The position numbers were made by a program, and so were the translations under genes. The notes under the pieces were generated by a model. That model searched no databases. It was not told the DNA's origin and was given only the letters and a program-made list of their open reading frames with translations. This document shows positions 1 through 8,036 of a DNA stretch of 64,000 nucleotides, piece by piece (position 1 is the stretch's first letter; each line of letters starts with the position of its first letter). The DNA lies in the NCBI GenBank assembly GCA_963662315.1, contig OY759353.1, forward strand, positions 384,001-448,000, given 5' to 3'. The stretch is from Geopsychrobacteraceae bacterium. GTDB taxonomy: Bacteria; Desulfobacterota; Desulfuromonadia; Desulfuromonadales; Geopsychrobacteraceae.

Positions 1-918
1 TTGGTTGCATCCCAGCTCGGGATTGATGAGCAGCTGGTTGCGGTGTCTTCTACCGGGGTTATCGGTGTCCAGTTACCATTGGCGCCTTTTGAACAACATA
101 TGGCCGAGCTGGTCAACGGGTTGCAGTATGATGCTCCGGGAAGCGTGGCCAAGGCGATGATGACAACAGATGCATTCGCTAAAATGGCTTCAGCCCGAGA
201 GGCGGGTGACCAGGAGTACAGGTTGCTCGGCATTGCCAAGGGTGCCGGAATGATTCATCCGAACATGGCGACCATGCTTGGGTTTGTTATGACGGATGCC
301 AACATAGCACAGGGACTGTTGCAGAACCTGTTAAGCCAGGCCGTAGACAGAAGTTTTAATGCGATTACGGTTGATGGAGATACGTCTACCAATGACATGG
401 TTGTGGTTTTGGCTAATGGGGCCGCCGGGAATGATGAAATTGTCGAGGGTACCCCTGAAGCTGAGACTTTCCGTTGCCATCTGCAACGGGTCCTTCTTGA
501 TCTGGCTAAAATGATTGTCCGTGATGGCGAGGGCGCTTCAAAGCTTGTCAGAATCAGAATTACCGGTGCCATATCCGAACAGGACGCACGTACTGCCGCA
601 CGCTCGGTAGCGACCTCATCGTTGGTAAAGACGGCATTTTTTGGTGAAGATGCCAACTGGGGAAGAATTATTGCTGCCGTTGGTTACTCTGGGATTGATG
701 TAGATCCCAACCTGATTGCTATCAACTTCAATGAAGTTGCAGTGACGCGTCATGGATTGTCAACCGGCCAGGAACTAGAAGCTCAGGCTACAGAGGTTTT
801 GAAGCTGGATGAATTCACTGTAACTGTTGATCTTGGATTAGGCTCCGGCGAATTCAGTTATTACACCTCTGATCTAACCTACGATTATGTGAAAATCAAC
901 GCCGACTACAGGTCATAA
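1..918 (+). CDS. argJ: Bifunctional ornithine acetyltransferase/N-acetylglutamate synthase ArgJ (5' end outside window)
   Basis: Motifs STGVIG, AKGAGMIHPNMATML, DGDTSTND, DGEGA, DANWGR; C-terminus YVKINADYRS. Confidence 0.96.
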   Translation: MVASQLGIDEQLVAVSSTGVIGVQLPLAPFEQHMAELVNGLQYDAPGSVAKAMMTTDAFAKMASAREAGDQEYRLLGIAKGAGMIHPNMATMLGFVMTDANIAQGLLQNLLSQAVDRSFNAITVDGDTSTNDMVVVLANGAAGNDEIVEGTPEAETFRCHLQRVLLDLAKMIVRDGEGASKLVRIRITGAISEQDARTAARSVATSSLVKTAFFGEDANWGRIIAAVGYSGIDVDPNLIAINFNEVAVTRHGLSTGQELEAQATEVLKLDEFTVTVDLGLGSGEFSYYTSDLTYDYVKINADYRS

Positions 919-1592
919 TGTTCAGCCCTGACAGGAGTCCAGCACAGTTTATAGATCATACGCTGTTAAGCCCGACAGTGACTACCGAGCAGATTGTGCA
1001 GTTGTGCGAGGACGCTGTTGAGTACGGGTTTGCCAGCGTATGTGTCCCGCCTCAATTTGTTCCTGAGGCTGTTAACGGCCTGTATGGTTCGGAAATAGCC
1101 GTTTGTACTGTTGTGGGGTTTCCTTGTGGTTACAACAGCACCAGTCAAAAGGTTGCGGAGACCGCTGATCTGGTTGCTGCTGGTGCCAGTGAAATTGATA
1201 TGGTTATGCAGATTGGCCACCTGCTTTCAGGGCGCTGCGATATGGTTAAGGATGACATCGCTCAGGTGGTTGTTGCGGCGAAGGGTGCCAAAGTCAAGGT
1301 CATAATTGAGTGTTGTTATCTGTCAGCGGAACAGAAACGACAGGCGGCCGAGTTGGTTATCGATAGCGGCGCAGCATTTGTCAAGACATCGACAGGATTT
1401 GGCCCTGGCGGTGCTACCATAGCCGATGTGGAACTGTTGAAACTGGTTGTCGGTGACCGGATCAAGATTAAGGCCGCCGGAGGTATTCGATCATTGCAGG
1501 ATTGTGAGACGTTTATCGCTGCCGGGGCTAATCGTATCGGAACGAGTTCCGGAGTAGCTCTTATGAAGGAATGGCATGCCCGGTATGTTTGA
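918..1592 (+). CDS. deoC: Deoxyribose-phosphate aldolase
   Basis: IDHTLL, EIDMV, FVKTSTGF, IKAAGGIR, RIGTSSG; TAATG overlap with argJ. Confidence 0.96.
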   Translation: MFSPDRSPAQFIDHTLLSPTVTTEQIVQLCEDAVEYGFASVCVPPQFVPEAVNGLYGSEIAVCTVVGFPCGYNSTSQKVAETADLVAAGASEIDMVMQIGHLLSGRCDMVKDDIAQVVVAAKGAKVKVIIECCYLSAEQKRQAAELVIDSGAAFVKTSTGFGPGGATIADVELLKLVVGDRIKIKAAGGIRSLQDCETFIAAGANRIGTSSGVALMKEWHARYV

Positions 1593-2751
1593 TCGGGTGA
1601 TTCTGATTGTCCTCGATGGTGTCGGGGTTGGTGCATTGCCCGATGCTCAGCAGTATCAGGACCAGGACGCGGCAACGCTGCAACATGTTGCCGCTTTTAA
1701 TGGTGGTCTGTCACTGCCTAATTTGCAAGCCTTGGGGTTGGGGAATATTGTTCCCCTTGAAGGGGTCGCTGCTGTTGCTGAGCCGACTGGGTGGTTCGGA
1801 AAAATGGCTGAAGTCAGTAGCGGTAAAGATTCTGTTACTGGACACTGGGAACTTGCCGGGGTTACTCTTAGTGAGCCGTTTGCAACTTTCTGTAACGGTT
1901 TCCCTGCAGAAATAATAGAAAAATTTTCAGCGCTTGCAGGATGCTCTCCTCTTGGTAATATTGCTGCAAGCGGTACAGAAATCCTGCGGGAACTTGGTGA
2001 GGAACATCTACGGACCAGGCGGCCGATCGTTTATACCAGTACTGATTCTGTTTTTCAGATTGCTGCACATGAAGAGATTCTTCCTCCTGAGGATCTCTAT
2101 CGCCTGTGCCGTGAAATGGAAATAATTCTTGACCCGTATCGTATTTGCCGGGTCATAGCAAGACCTTTTCTCGGGCATTCTGCTGATACTTTTTATCGTA
2201 CCAGCGGGCGTCATGATTATCCACGTAAGCCGCCTTGTCCGACCATTCTCGATTCATTGAAGGCCGCTGGCATTGTTACCTGCAGTGTCGGGAAGGTCGC
2301 TGACCTGTTTGCCGGGCAGGGGCTGCTCTATTCGCATTCAACGGTTTCCAATCGTGACGGTATGGATAAGACGCTGGAGGTTCTGGCTTCCGTGTCTTCC
2401 GGATTGATTTTTGTTAATCTTGTCGATTTTGATATGCTTTATGGTCATCGCCTTGATGCGTCAGGATTCGCAGCGGCTTTATCATCGTTTGATAGCTGGT
2501 TGCCACGCTTATTGGCATGTTTAGGGCGTCGTGATCTCGTACTTATAACCGCAGATCATGGCTGTGATCCGACCACCTGTGGTACGGATCATACGCGTGA
2601 ATATGTCCCGCTGCTGGCTTACTGTCCGAAATTCTGTCATGGTGGCAATCTTGGTACACGTGACTCTTTTGCGGATGTGGCAGCGACAATAGCGGCTAAC
2701 TTTGGTGTTGACTCGATCACGGGTAAGAGTTTTCTGGGAGCTTTTGGTTGA
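1585..2751 (+). CDS. deoB: Phosphopentomutase
   Basis: LIVLDGVGVG, GKDSVTGHWE, FVNLVDFDMLYGHR, TADHGCDP, TDHTREYVP; start 1585 chosen (1576 possible). Confidence 0.95.
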   Translation: MFDRVILIVLDGVGVGALPDAQQYQDQDAATLQHVAAFNGGLSLPNLQALGLGNIVPLEGVAAVAEPTGWFGKMAEVSSGKDSVTGHWELAGVTLSEPFATFCNGFPAEIIEKFSALAGCSPLGNIAASGTEILRELGEEHLRTRRPIVYTSTDSVFQIAAHEEILPPEDLYRLCREMEIILDPYRICRVIARPFLGHSADTFYRTSGRHDYPRKPPCPTILDSLKAAGIVTCSVGKVADLFAGQGLLYSHSTVSNRDGMDKTLEVLASVSSGLIFVNLVDFDMLYGHRLDASGFAAALSSFDSWLPRLLACLGRRDLVLITADHGCDPTTCGTDHTREYVPLLAYCPKFCHGGNLGTRDSFADVAATIAANFGVDSITGKSFLGAFG

Positions 2752-2805
2752 TTTCTTCCAATATTTCCTGAGATAGCTTTTATTTAATTACTAGGGGGTA
2801 TTATC

Positions 2806-3192
2806 ATGATTAACAAAATAATCGCTTTTTCTGTCATTTTATTTATCTGCAGTATGCCTGTTTATGGTGCTCAATTGACTGTATTTGACTCTGCAATGAC
2901 GACCGCGGTGGTTGATCAGATGCCGGTAGACAGGCAAGTTGTTTTTCCTGCAGATTACGGTAAATTGTTTTGCTTCACCCGTATTACCGGTGCTGATAAG
3001 GAAACAGTTGTCACTCATGTCTGGTATTATCAGGGGCAGGAAATGGCAAGAGTACGTTTGCAGGTTCGGTCTTCGGATTGGCGCACCTATTCTTCGAAGC
3101 GCTTTTTGCCGCAATGGTCCGGACAGTGGCGGGTCGCTATACTTGATGAGAATATGAACGAAATTGGCTCGATACCGTTTGAATTAAAATAA
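2806..3192 (+). CDS. Secreted DUF2914-like Ig-fold protein
   Basis: Signal peptide; motif H-V-W-Y...RTYSSK...GQWRV typical of DUF2914. Confidence 0.75.
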   Translation: MINKIIAFSVILFICSMPVYGAQLTVFDSAMTTAVVDQMPVDRQVVFPADYGKLFCFTRITGADKETVVTHVWYYQGQEMARVRLQVRSSDWRTYSSKRFLPQWSGQWRVAILDENMNEIGSIPFELK

Positions 3193-3201
3193 TCTGTATT
3201 A

Positions 3202-3237
3202 AATAGAAAAGGCGACTGTTCAGTCGCCTTTTCTATT
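3202..3237. terminator. Bidirectional intrinsic terminator
   Basis: AATAGAAAAGGCGACTG-TT-CAGTCGCCTTTTCTATT between convergent genes. Confidence 0.85.
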
Positions 3238-3256
3238 ATTCGTAAAATTAAATAAG

Positions 3257-3676
3257 TTACTTTTTACGAGCTGCGCGTGCTTTGGCCAGATTGTCTGCAA
3301 GACCACGATCTACAGCCATTTGACGACGGCTTTCAGAGTAGTTCTTGGCGGCAAGTGACTGACTGCGAGGAATATCAAATTGCTGACGGTATTCATTTGC
3401 AGTCATCTCGTGAGAGGTCTTAAGGTGTCTTGACAGGGTTTTGAAGCCTTTCCCACAGATCATGCAATAGATTTTATCTTTACCAAAAGCTTTTTTCTTG
3501 CTGATCGCTGGGGTTTCTTCTTCCTGCTCCCGGATCTCTATGACTTCACCCTTTTCAAGGTTGGTTAACGCAGCGTGAACTTCGCTTAATTCTGCAAGAA
3601 GTTCGTCTTTGGTCATGGGAGTAGTACTTGCGTGAGCCTTAAGAATTTCGGCTGCCATTTCCATGATTGTTGCCAT
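3257..3676 (-). CDS. Ros/MucR family zinc-finger transcriptional regulator
   Basis: CMICGKGFKTLSRHLKTSH..YRQQF..SLAAKNYSESRR; SD GGAGG before ATG at 3676. Confidence 0.9.
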   Translation of the reverse strand: MATIMEMAAEILKAHASTTPMTKDELLAELSEVHAALTNLEKGEVIEIREQEEETPAISKKKAFGKDKIYCMICGKGFKTLSRHLKTSHEMTANEYRQQFDIPRSQSLAAKNYSESRRQMAVDRGLADNLAKARAARKK

Positions 3677-3884
3677 AATATTTCCTCCTGTAGGTTGAAT
3701 GGCTTGATTAACTGTACCATGCCCCTCCAGATAAACAAGGGCTATCTTCATAATCAATAAATAATTGTAAATCAAGTATAAACATCAAGTGAGCATAAAA
3801 TTATAGTTATAAGAACATTAATCTATAGTACATTACGACTCTTTTAAATATAGACACTAATTATTTGTCTAATGAGGTTTTAAC

Positions 3885-4925
3885 ATGAGTATTAAATATT
3901 CCCTCGAACAGTTTGAGCAGCAGATACTGTCTCCGGACGCCTGTTTCAGTGTTAATAGTAGGGGGCGGGAACATCCGGGAAAAGTCTGTACGCTGAGAAC
4001 TGTTTTTCAGCATGACCGGGATCGAATTCTGCATTGTAAAGCCTTTCGGAGGCTAAAATACAAAACGCAGGTTTTTTTTCTGCCCCTGGGAGATCATTAC
4101 CGGACCCGTTTGACACATACTCTTGAGGTTTCTCAGGTTGCTCGTACTATCGCAAGGGCCTTGCGCCTTAATGAAGATTTAACGGAAGCTATTGCTCTTG
4201 GTCATGATCTAGGACATACTCCTTTCGGGCATGCCGGGGAACGGGTACTGAACGGTCTGACTCCAGGGGGGTTTCATCATGTCCGCCAGAGCCTTCGGGT
4301 TGTCGAAAAACTGGAGAGGGATGGCAGGGGGCTTAACTTAACCTTTGAGGTACGTGACGGTATTCGCAGGCACTCTAAAGGGCAGGGGGGACTTCTCACC
4401 CCATCCTCAGAGCATTGTGCCACGACACTTGAAGGGCAGGTGGTCAGGCTTGCTGATATTATTGCTTATGTCAGCCATGATCTTGATGACGCTATCCGGG
4501 GACGGGTTATTTCCGAGGCGGATGTCCCCCGTGATATCAGCCAGATTCTTGGCAACCGCCATTCTGTGCGTATTGATCGGATGGTAAGGGACCTGATATC
4601 GGCTTCTGTTATGCATGAGCGTCTGAGGGTTGGGTTAAGTCCGCATATGGATCAAGCCATTCGTGATTTAAGATCCTGGTTGTTTGATCATGTTTATCGT
4701 GCCGAATGTGTCCAATCTGAGTTTGACAAAGCGGCCCATGTTCTTCAGGAACTTTATGTCTTTTTTATTCGTAACGAAGATCGTTTTGTTCTTCGTGGCG
4801 GAAAACGCTTTGGCGATGACCCATTAGAAGTTTCGGTTGTCGATTTTATTGCTGGTATGACGGATCGTTTTGCCTTGTCTCTTTATCGAGAACTGTTTCT
4901 TCCAGAACCGTGGCGTAATATCTGA
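3885..4925 (+). CDS. dgt: Deoxyguanosinetriphosphate triphosphohydrolase (HD family dGTPase-like)
   Basis: FQHDRDRILH, RTRLTHTLEV, HDLGHTPFGHAGE, DFIAGMTD. Confidence 0.92.
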   Translation: MSIKYSLEQFEQQILSPDACFSVNSRGREHPGKVCTLRTVFQHDRDRILHCKAFRRLKYKTQVFFLPLGDHYRTRLTHTLEVSQVARTIARALRLNEDLTEAIALGHDLGHTPFGHAGERVLNGLTPGGFHHVRQSLRVVEKLERDGRGLNLTFEVRDGIRRHSKGQGGLLTPSSEHCATTLEGQVVRLADIIAYVSHDLDDAIRGRVISEADVPRDISQILGNRHSVRIDRMVRDLISASVMHERLRVGLSPHMDQAIRDLRSWLFDHVYRAECVQSEFDKAAHVLQELYVFFIRNEDRFVLRGGKRFGDDPLEVSVVDFIAGMTDRFALSLYRELFLPEPWRNI

Positions 4926-5061
4926 CGTTGTCTCGAATTAATAATGTGAAGTTATTTATTGGAATTTACTGACAATCTCTTGACAGCCTTTGGTCTGTAT
5001 GCTAATTTTTTCGGAAGTTTCTTAAGAAAATCAAATGGTTCTGGTTGCATAGCGAGGGTCT

Positions 5062-5514
5062 ATGGCTCGGATTGAGCAAAGATCGTTAATCTTCCATATT
5101 GGTGAGGTCGGTTTTCTGCTGGGATATCACTATATTGTGGAGGTTCTTGGCTCCGTCGGAGATGCCTTTGATTATAATCGTAGTGACCTGCGTAATAATA
5201 TTGTTGCTGCCATTGAATTTCGAAACACATTGATCCCTGTGTTTGATCCAGGAGGATTGCTAGATATAACAAGTGCTGGGAAAATCAGGGAGAAAACGGT
5301 CATCGTTTTGCGCAGTACGGAGGGGAATTGGGCGCTTGCCGTCGATAAAATTGACGAACTGACTGCGCGTGAAAGATTCCTGCCTTGTGCAATTCCTGCT
5401 CTTTTAAAGCCTTTTGTCGGGGGATTTTATTCTCAAATCAGACTGATCGAAGAAAAGCCATATGTTGTATTTGATCCCGAAAACTTTTATGGTGCGGTTG
5501 TCGGTACACAATGA
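5062..5514 (+). CDS. CheW-like domain protein
   Basis: FRNTLIPVFD...IVL...WALAVDKI pattern of CheW; coupled to the next genes. Confidence 0.7.
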   Translation: MARIEQRSLIFHIGEVGFLLGYHYIVEVLGSVGDAFDYNRSDLRNNIVAAIEFRNTLIPVFDPGGLLDITSAGKIREKTVIVLRSTEGNWALAVDKIDELTARERFLPCAIPALLKPFVGGFYSQIRLIEEKPYVVFDPENFYGAVVGTQ

Positions 5515-5981
5515 AGCGTGTGGTGCTCTTCACCCTTGCGGGGAAAAATTTCGCCCTTCATCTTGAGCAGATGGTACATATCGGGCAGGATATGGCATTA
5601 TTTCGGTTGCCTCGGTTGCCGCACGAGATTGCCGGCGTGGTGGTTATGGCTGAAACTCTGATACCTGTACTTCATGCCGGTGTTCTTGTCGGTCACGAAG
5701 AAGGTGGGGCGGAGAGCAGCTACAAATATTCGTATAGTCTGGTGATTGACAGTGAGTATGGCAATATCTGTCTCCCGGCGGACACGGTTTGGCAAATCGT
5801 GGCTGTTGACAAGGGGGGGATGAGCCCTGCCGGTGAAGAAATGGAGCACTGGAACGCTGGAACGTTTGTGTACAGAAACAGCACTTTTCATATTGTTAAT
5901 ATCGATTATCTCGTCTTGGACATGATACAGGGCTTGGGACGCAAGGCGACCGAAGCCGATGCTGTAAGGAGGCATCAATGA
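5511..5981 (+). CDS. CheW-like domain protein
   Basis: VLFTLAGKNFAL, LPRLPHEIAGVV, LIPVL; ATGA overlaps on both sides. Confidence 0.72.
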   Translation: MKRVVLFTLAGKNFALHLEQMVHIGQDMALFRLPRLPHEIAGVVVMAETLIPVLHAGVLVGHEEGGAESSYKYSYSLVIDSEYGNICLPADTVWQIVAVDKGGMSPAGEEMEHWNAGTFVYRNSTFHIVNIDYLVLDMIQGLGRKATEADAVRRHQ

Positions 5982-7888
5982 CAAAAAAAATACTGCTGGC
6001 TGATGATAGTATAACGATCCGTAAGGTTGTTGGTATCATCTTTGCCACAGAAGACTATCAGCTATCAATGGCAGATAATGGTGACGATGCCTTCAGTATG
6101 GCTCAGTCTGAAGTTCCGGATCTGATTATTGCTGATATCTCTATGCCAGGAAAAGATGGTTTTGAGTTATGCCGTGCAATCAAAAGTGCGCCTCAGTTTG
6201 TTGGCAAGACAGCGGTAATGCTGTTGCCTGGGGCTTTTGATCACTTTGATGAGGTCAAGGCTCAGGATGTTTGTGCCGATGGGTGGTTGACGAAACCTTT
6301 CGAGTCCCAGGCGTTGCTTGATAAAGTTGCCCAGCTTCTCGAGGCTGAACCTCTTGTCATGGCTGGAATGGAAACTTTGGAAGCGTCTGACGCTACAGCT
6401 TTTGTCAAAGACCTTGGCAGCAGCCCTGTTGTTGCCGTTGATGATGATTCTGCAGCAGACCACGCTTCAGACGGGATGGAGGACGCTGAAGATATCTGGG
6501 AATCCGTATCCTTTGATGATGATCTTGGTGAAGACACTCTTGCTTCGGTCGCCGATACAGATTCCTTTGCCGCCGATGTTTTTGCTACGGATCAGGACTC
6601 GGACGAGTTTATCCCCGATTTTTCTGATGATGGTGCCATAGCTGATGAGATTAGTGGAGATGGCTCTCGTGATTTTGCCGACGATGCCGAAACTGAACCG
6701 GATTTTGGTGTCGCTGGAAATGACGATCTGGATACTGCTCACCTCGATTTCTCTGATGATAATGGTGATGTAACTGTTTCTGCTGGAACTGGTTTGCCTT
6801 CCATCGATCCGGAAGACGTCAGCGCAGATAATATTGATTTTTCTGCTTTTGATGACGAGGAAGGCAACATTGATGTCGACTCTTCATCTGAGTTTACACT
6901 GTCGTCTGCGGGGGAAGAATCTTTTAATGATGATGCTCTTAACCTGTCTCGGGAAGAGGGTGCGGATGAGCCGCTTGAGCTGGTGTCAGATGACGGTGAT
7001 GAGCCTCTCGAATTGCTGCAGGGTGACGTAACCGAGGAAGAAGAACCCCTCGATTTGCTGCAGGATGACGTAACTGAGGAAGAGGAACCCCTCGATTTGT
7101 TGCAGGATGAGCCAGAGGGGCTCCTGCAGGATGAAGATGTTGATGAATTTGCACCAGTAACGGCAACTGCGGAGTTTTTCGGCACACATGAGCCAGAACC
7201 TCAGCCAGGACATGACCAGACCTCTACTGAAGTGTTTATTTCCGAGGAAGAAGAGGTGCTTGATCTTAGTGAGGCCGATATTGTAGAAGACATTCCTGAG
7301 ACAATCACATCTGAAGTTGAAGATGCCTTTTCTGATGCGGGTGAAGACTTTTGGGTTTCCGACCAATCTGAAGCTGTTCAGGAGGCAACTGATCACGCTG
7401 TGCTGCTGCAGACTGCAGATACGGAAACTGATGCTGACGAATTTGCCGTAGAAGACCTGGGTGTTGCCGAATCTGGTGATGCATTTGATGTGTCCAGAGA
7501 CGATCTTACGGATGAACCTTTGAATCTTGACACTGTTGAAGACGACGATTCTGCAGAGGGTGACTCCGAAGATGATTTCGTCATTATTGATTCAGTTGTT
7601 GATGCTGAAACTGAAGAGTTCGCACCAGCTACTGCCGAAGAGGTTCAGACTGATGAGCCTGTTGCTGTAGGCGCTGTAGATCCGGGGCATTCTACCGCTC
7701 AAATCGAAGATCAGTTAAGGTCTCTGAGCTCTGAAGAGTTAAAAGATATCGTTGGCAGGGTCGCAGGACCGCTAATCGAAAATCTTGCCCGGGACATGGT
7801 TGAAAAAATTGTTTGGGAGGTTGTTCCTGATCTCGCAGAGGTTATGATCCGGGAAGAAATTAGAAAAATAACTGGCGAGTTGGAATAA
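5978..7888 (+). CDS. RomR-like response regulator (receiver domain, long acidic disordered linker, conserved C-terminal helix)
   Basis: N-terminal receiver ILLADDS..ADISMPGKDG..KPF; about 450 aa Asp/Glu-rich linker; C-terminus EKIVWEVVPDLAEVMIREEI; upstream of valS. Confidence 0.8.
   Translation: MTKKILLADDSITIRKVVGIIFATEDYQLSMADNGDDAFSMAQSEVPDLIIADISMPGKDGFELCRAIKSAPQFVGKTAVMLLPGAFDHFDEVKAQDVCADGWLTKPFESQALLDKVAQLLEAEPLVMAGMETLEASDATAFVKDLGSSPVVAVDDDSAADHASDGMEDAEDIWESVSFDDDLGEDTLASVADTDSFAADVFATDQDSDEFIPDFSDDGAIADEISGDGSRDFADDAETEPDFGVAGNDDLDTAHLDFSDDNGDVTVSAGTGLPSIDPEDVSADNIDFSAFDDEEGNIDVDSSSEFTLSSAGEESFNDDALNLSREEGADEPLELVSDDGDEPLELLQGDVTEEEEPLDLLQDDVTEEEEPLDLLQDEPEGLLQDEDVDEFAPVTATAEFFGTHEPEPQPGHDQTSTEVFISEEEEVLDLSEADIVEDIPETITSEVEDAFSDAGEDFWVSDQSEAVQEATDHAVLLQTADTETDADEFAVEDLGVAESGDAFDVSRDDLTDEPLNLDTVEDDDSAEGDSEDDFVIIDSVVDAETEEFAPATAEEVQTDEPVAVGAVDPGHSTAQIEDQLRSLSSEELKDIVGRVAGPLIENLARDMVEKIVWEVVPDLAEVMIREEIRKITGELE
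7001..7110 (+). repeat. 42-bp tandem repeat (about 2.6 copies) encoding EPLDLLQDDVTEEE
   Basis: Units start at 7001, 7043 and 7085; degenerate copy near 6968. Confidence 0.85.
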
Positions 7889-7919
7889 ATTCGCAATATC
7901 TCATATATTGCTCTTCTGA

Positions 7920-7955
7920 GGGGGAGCAGGGAAGTCTTGACTTCCTTGCTCCCCC
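7920..7955 (+). terminator. GC-rich hairpin (likely terminator) between the RomR-like gene and valS
   Basis: GGGGGAGCAGGGAAGTC-TT-GACTTCCTTGCTCCCCC followed by AATTTATT. Confidence 0.6.
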
Positions 7956-8036
7956 AATTTATTGTCCCCGCAGAATATTTTCATTTTTCTTATGATCTTC
8001 CAATCTTATCTTTAATATATTGAAGGACGGTTGAGC

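Noticed and set aside
3885..4925. Anti-phage dGTPase
   Set aside because: Short housekeeping-type dgt in a core-gene neighbourhood
6968..7130. Possible CRISPR-like repeats
   Set aside because: In-frame tandem coding repeats without unique spacers; no cas genes in the window
7889..8036. T-box riboswitch before valS
   Set aside because: Region too short and lacks the T-box antiterminator motif; only a simple hairpin is present
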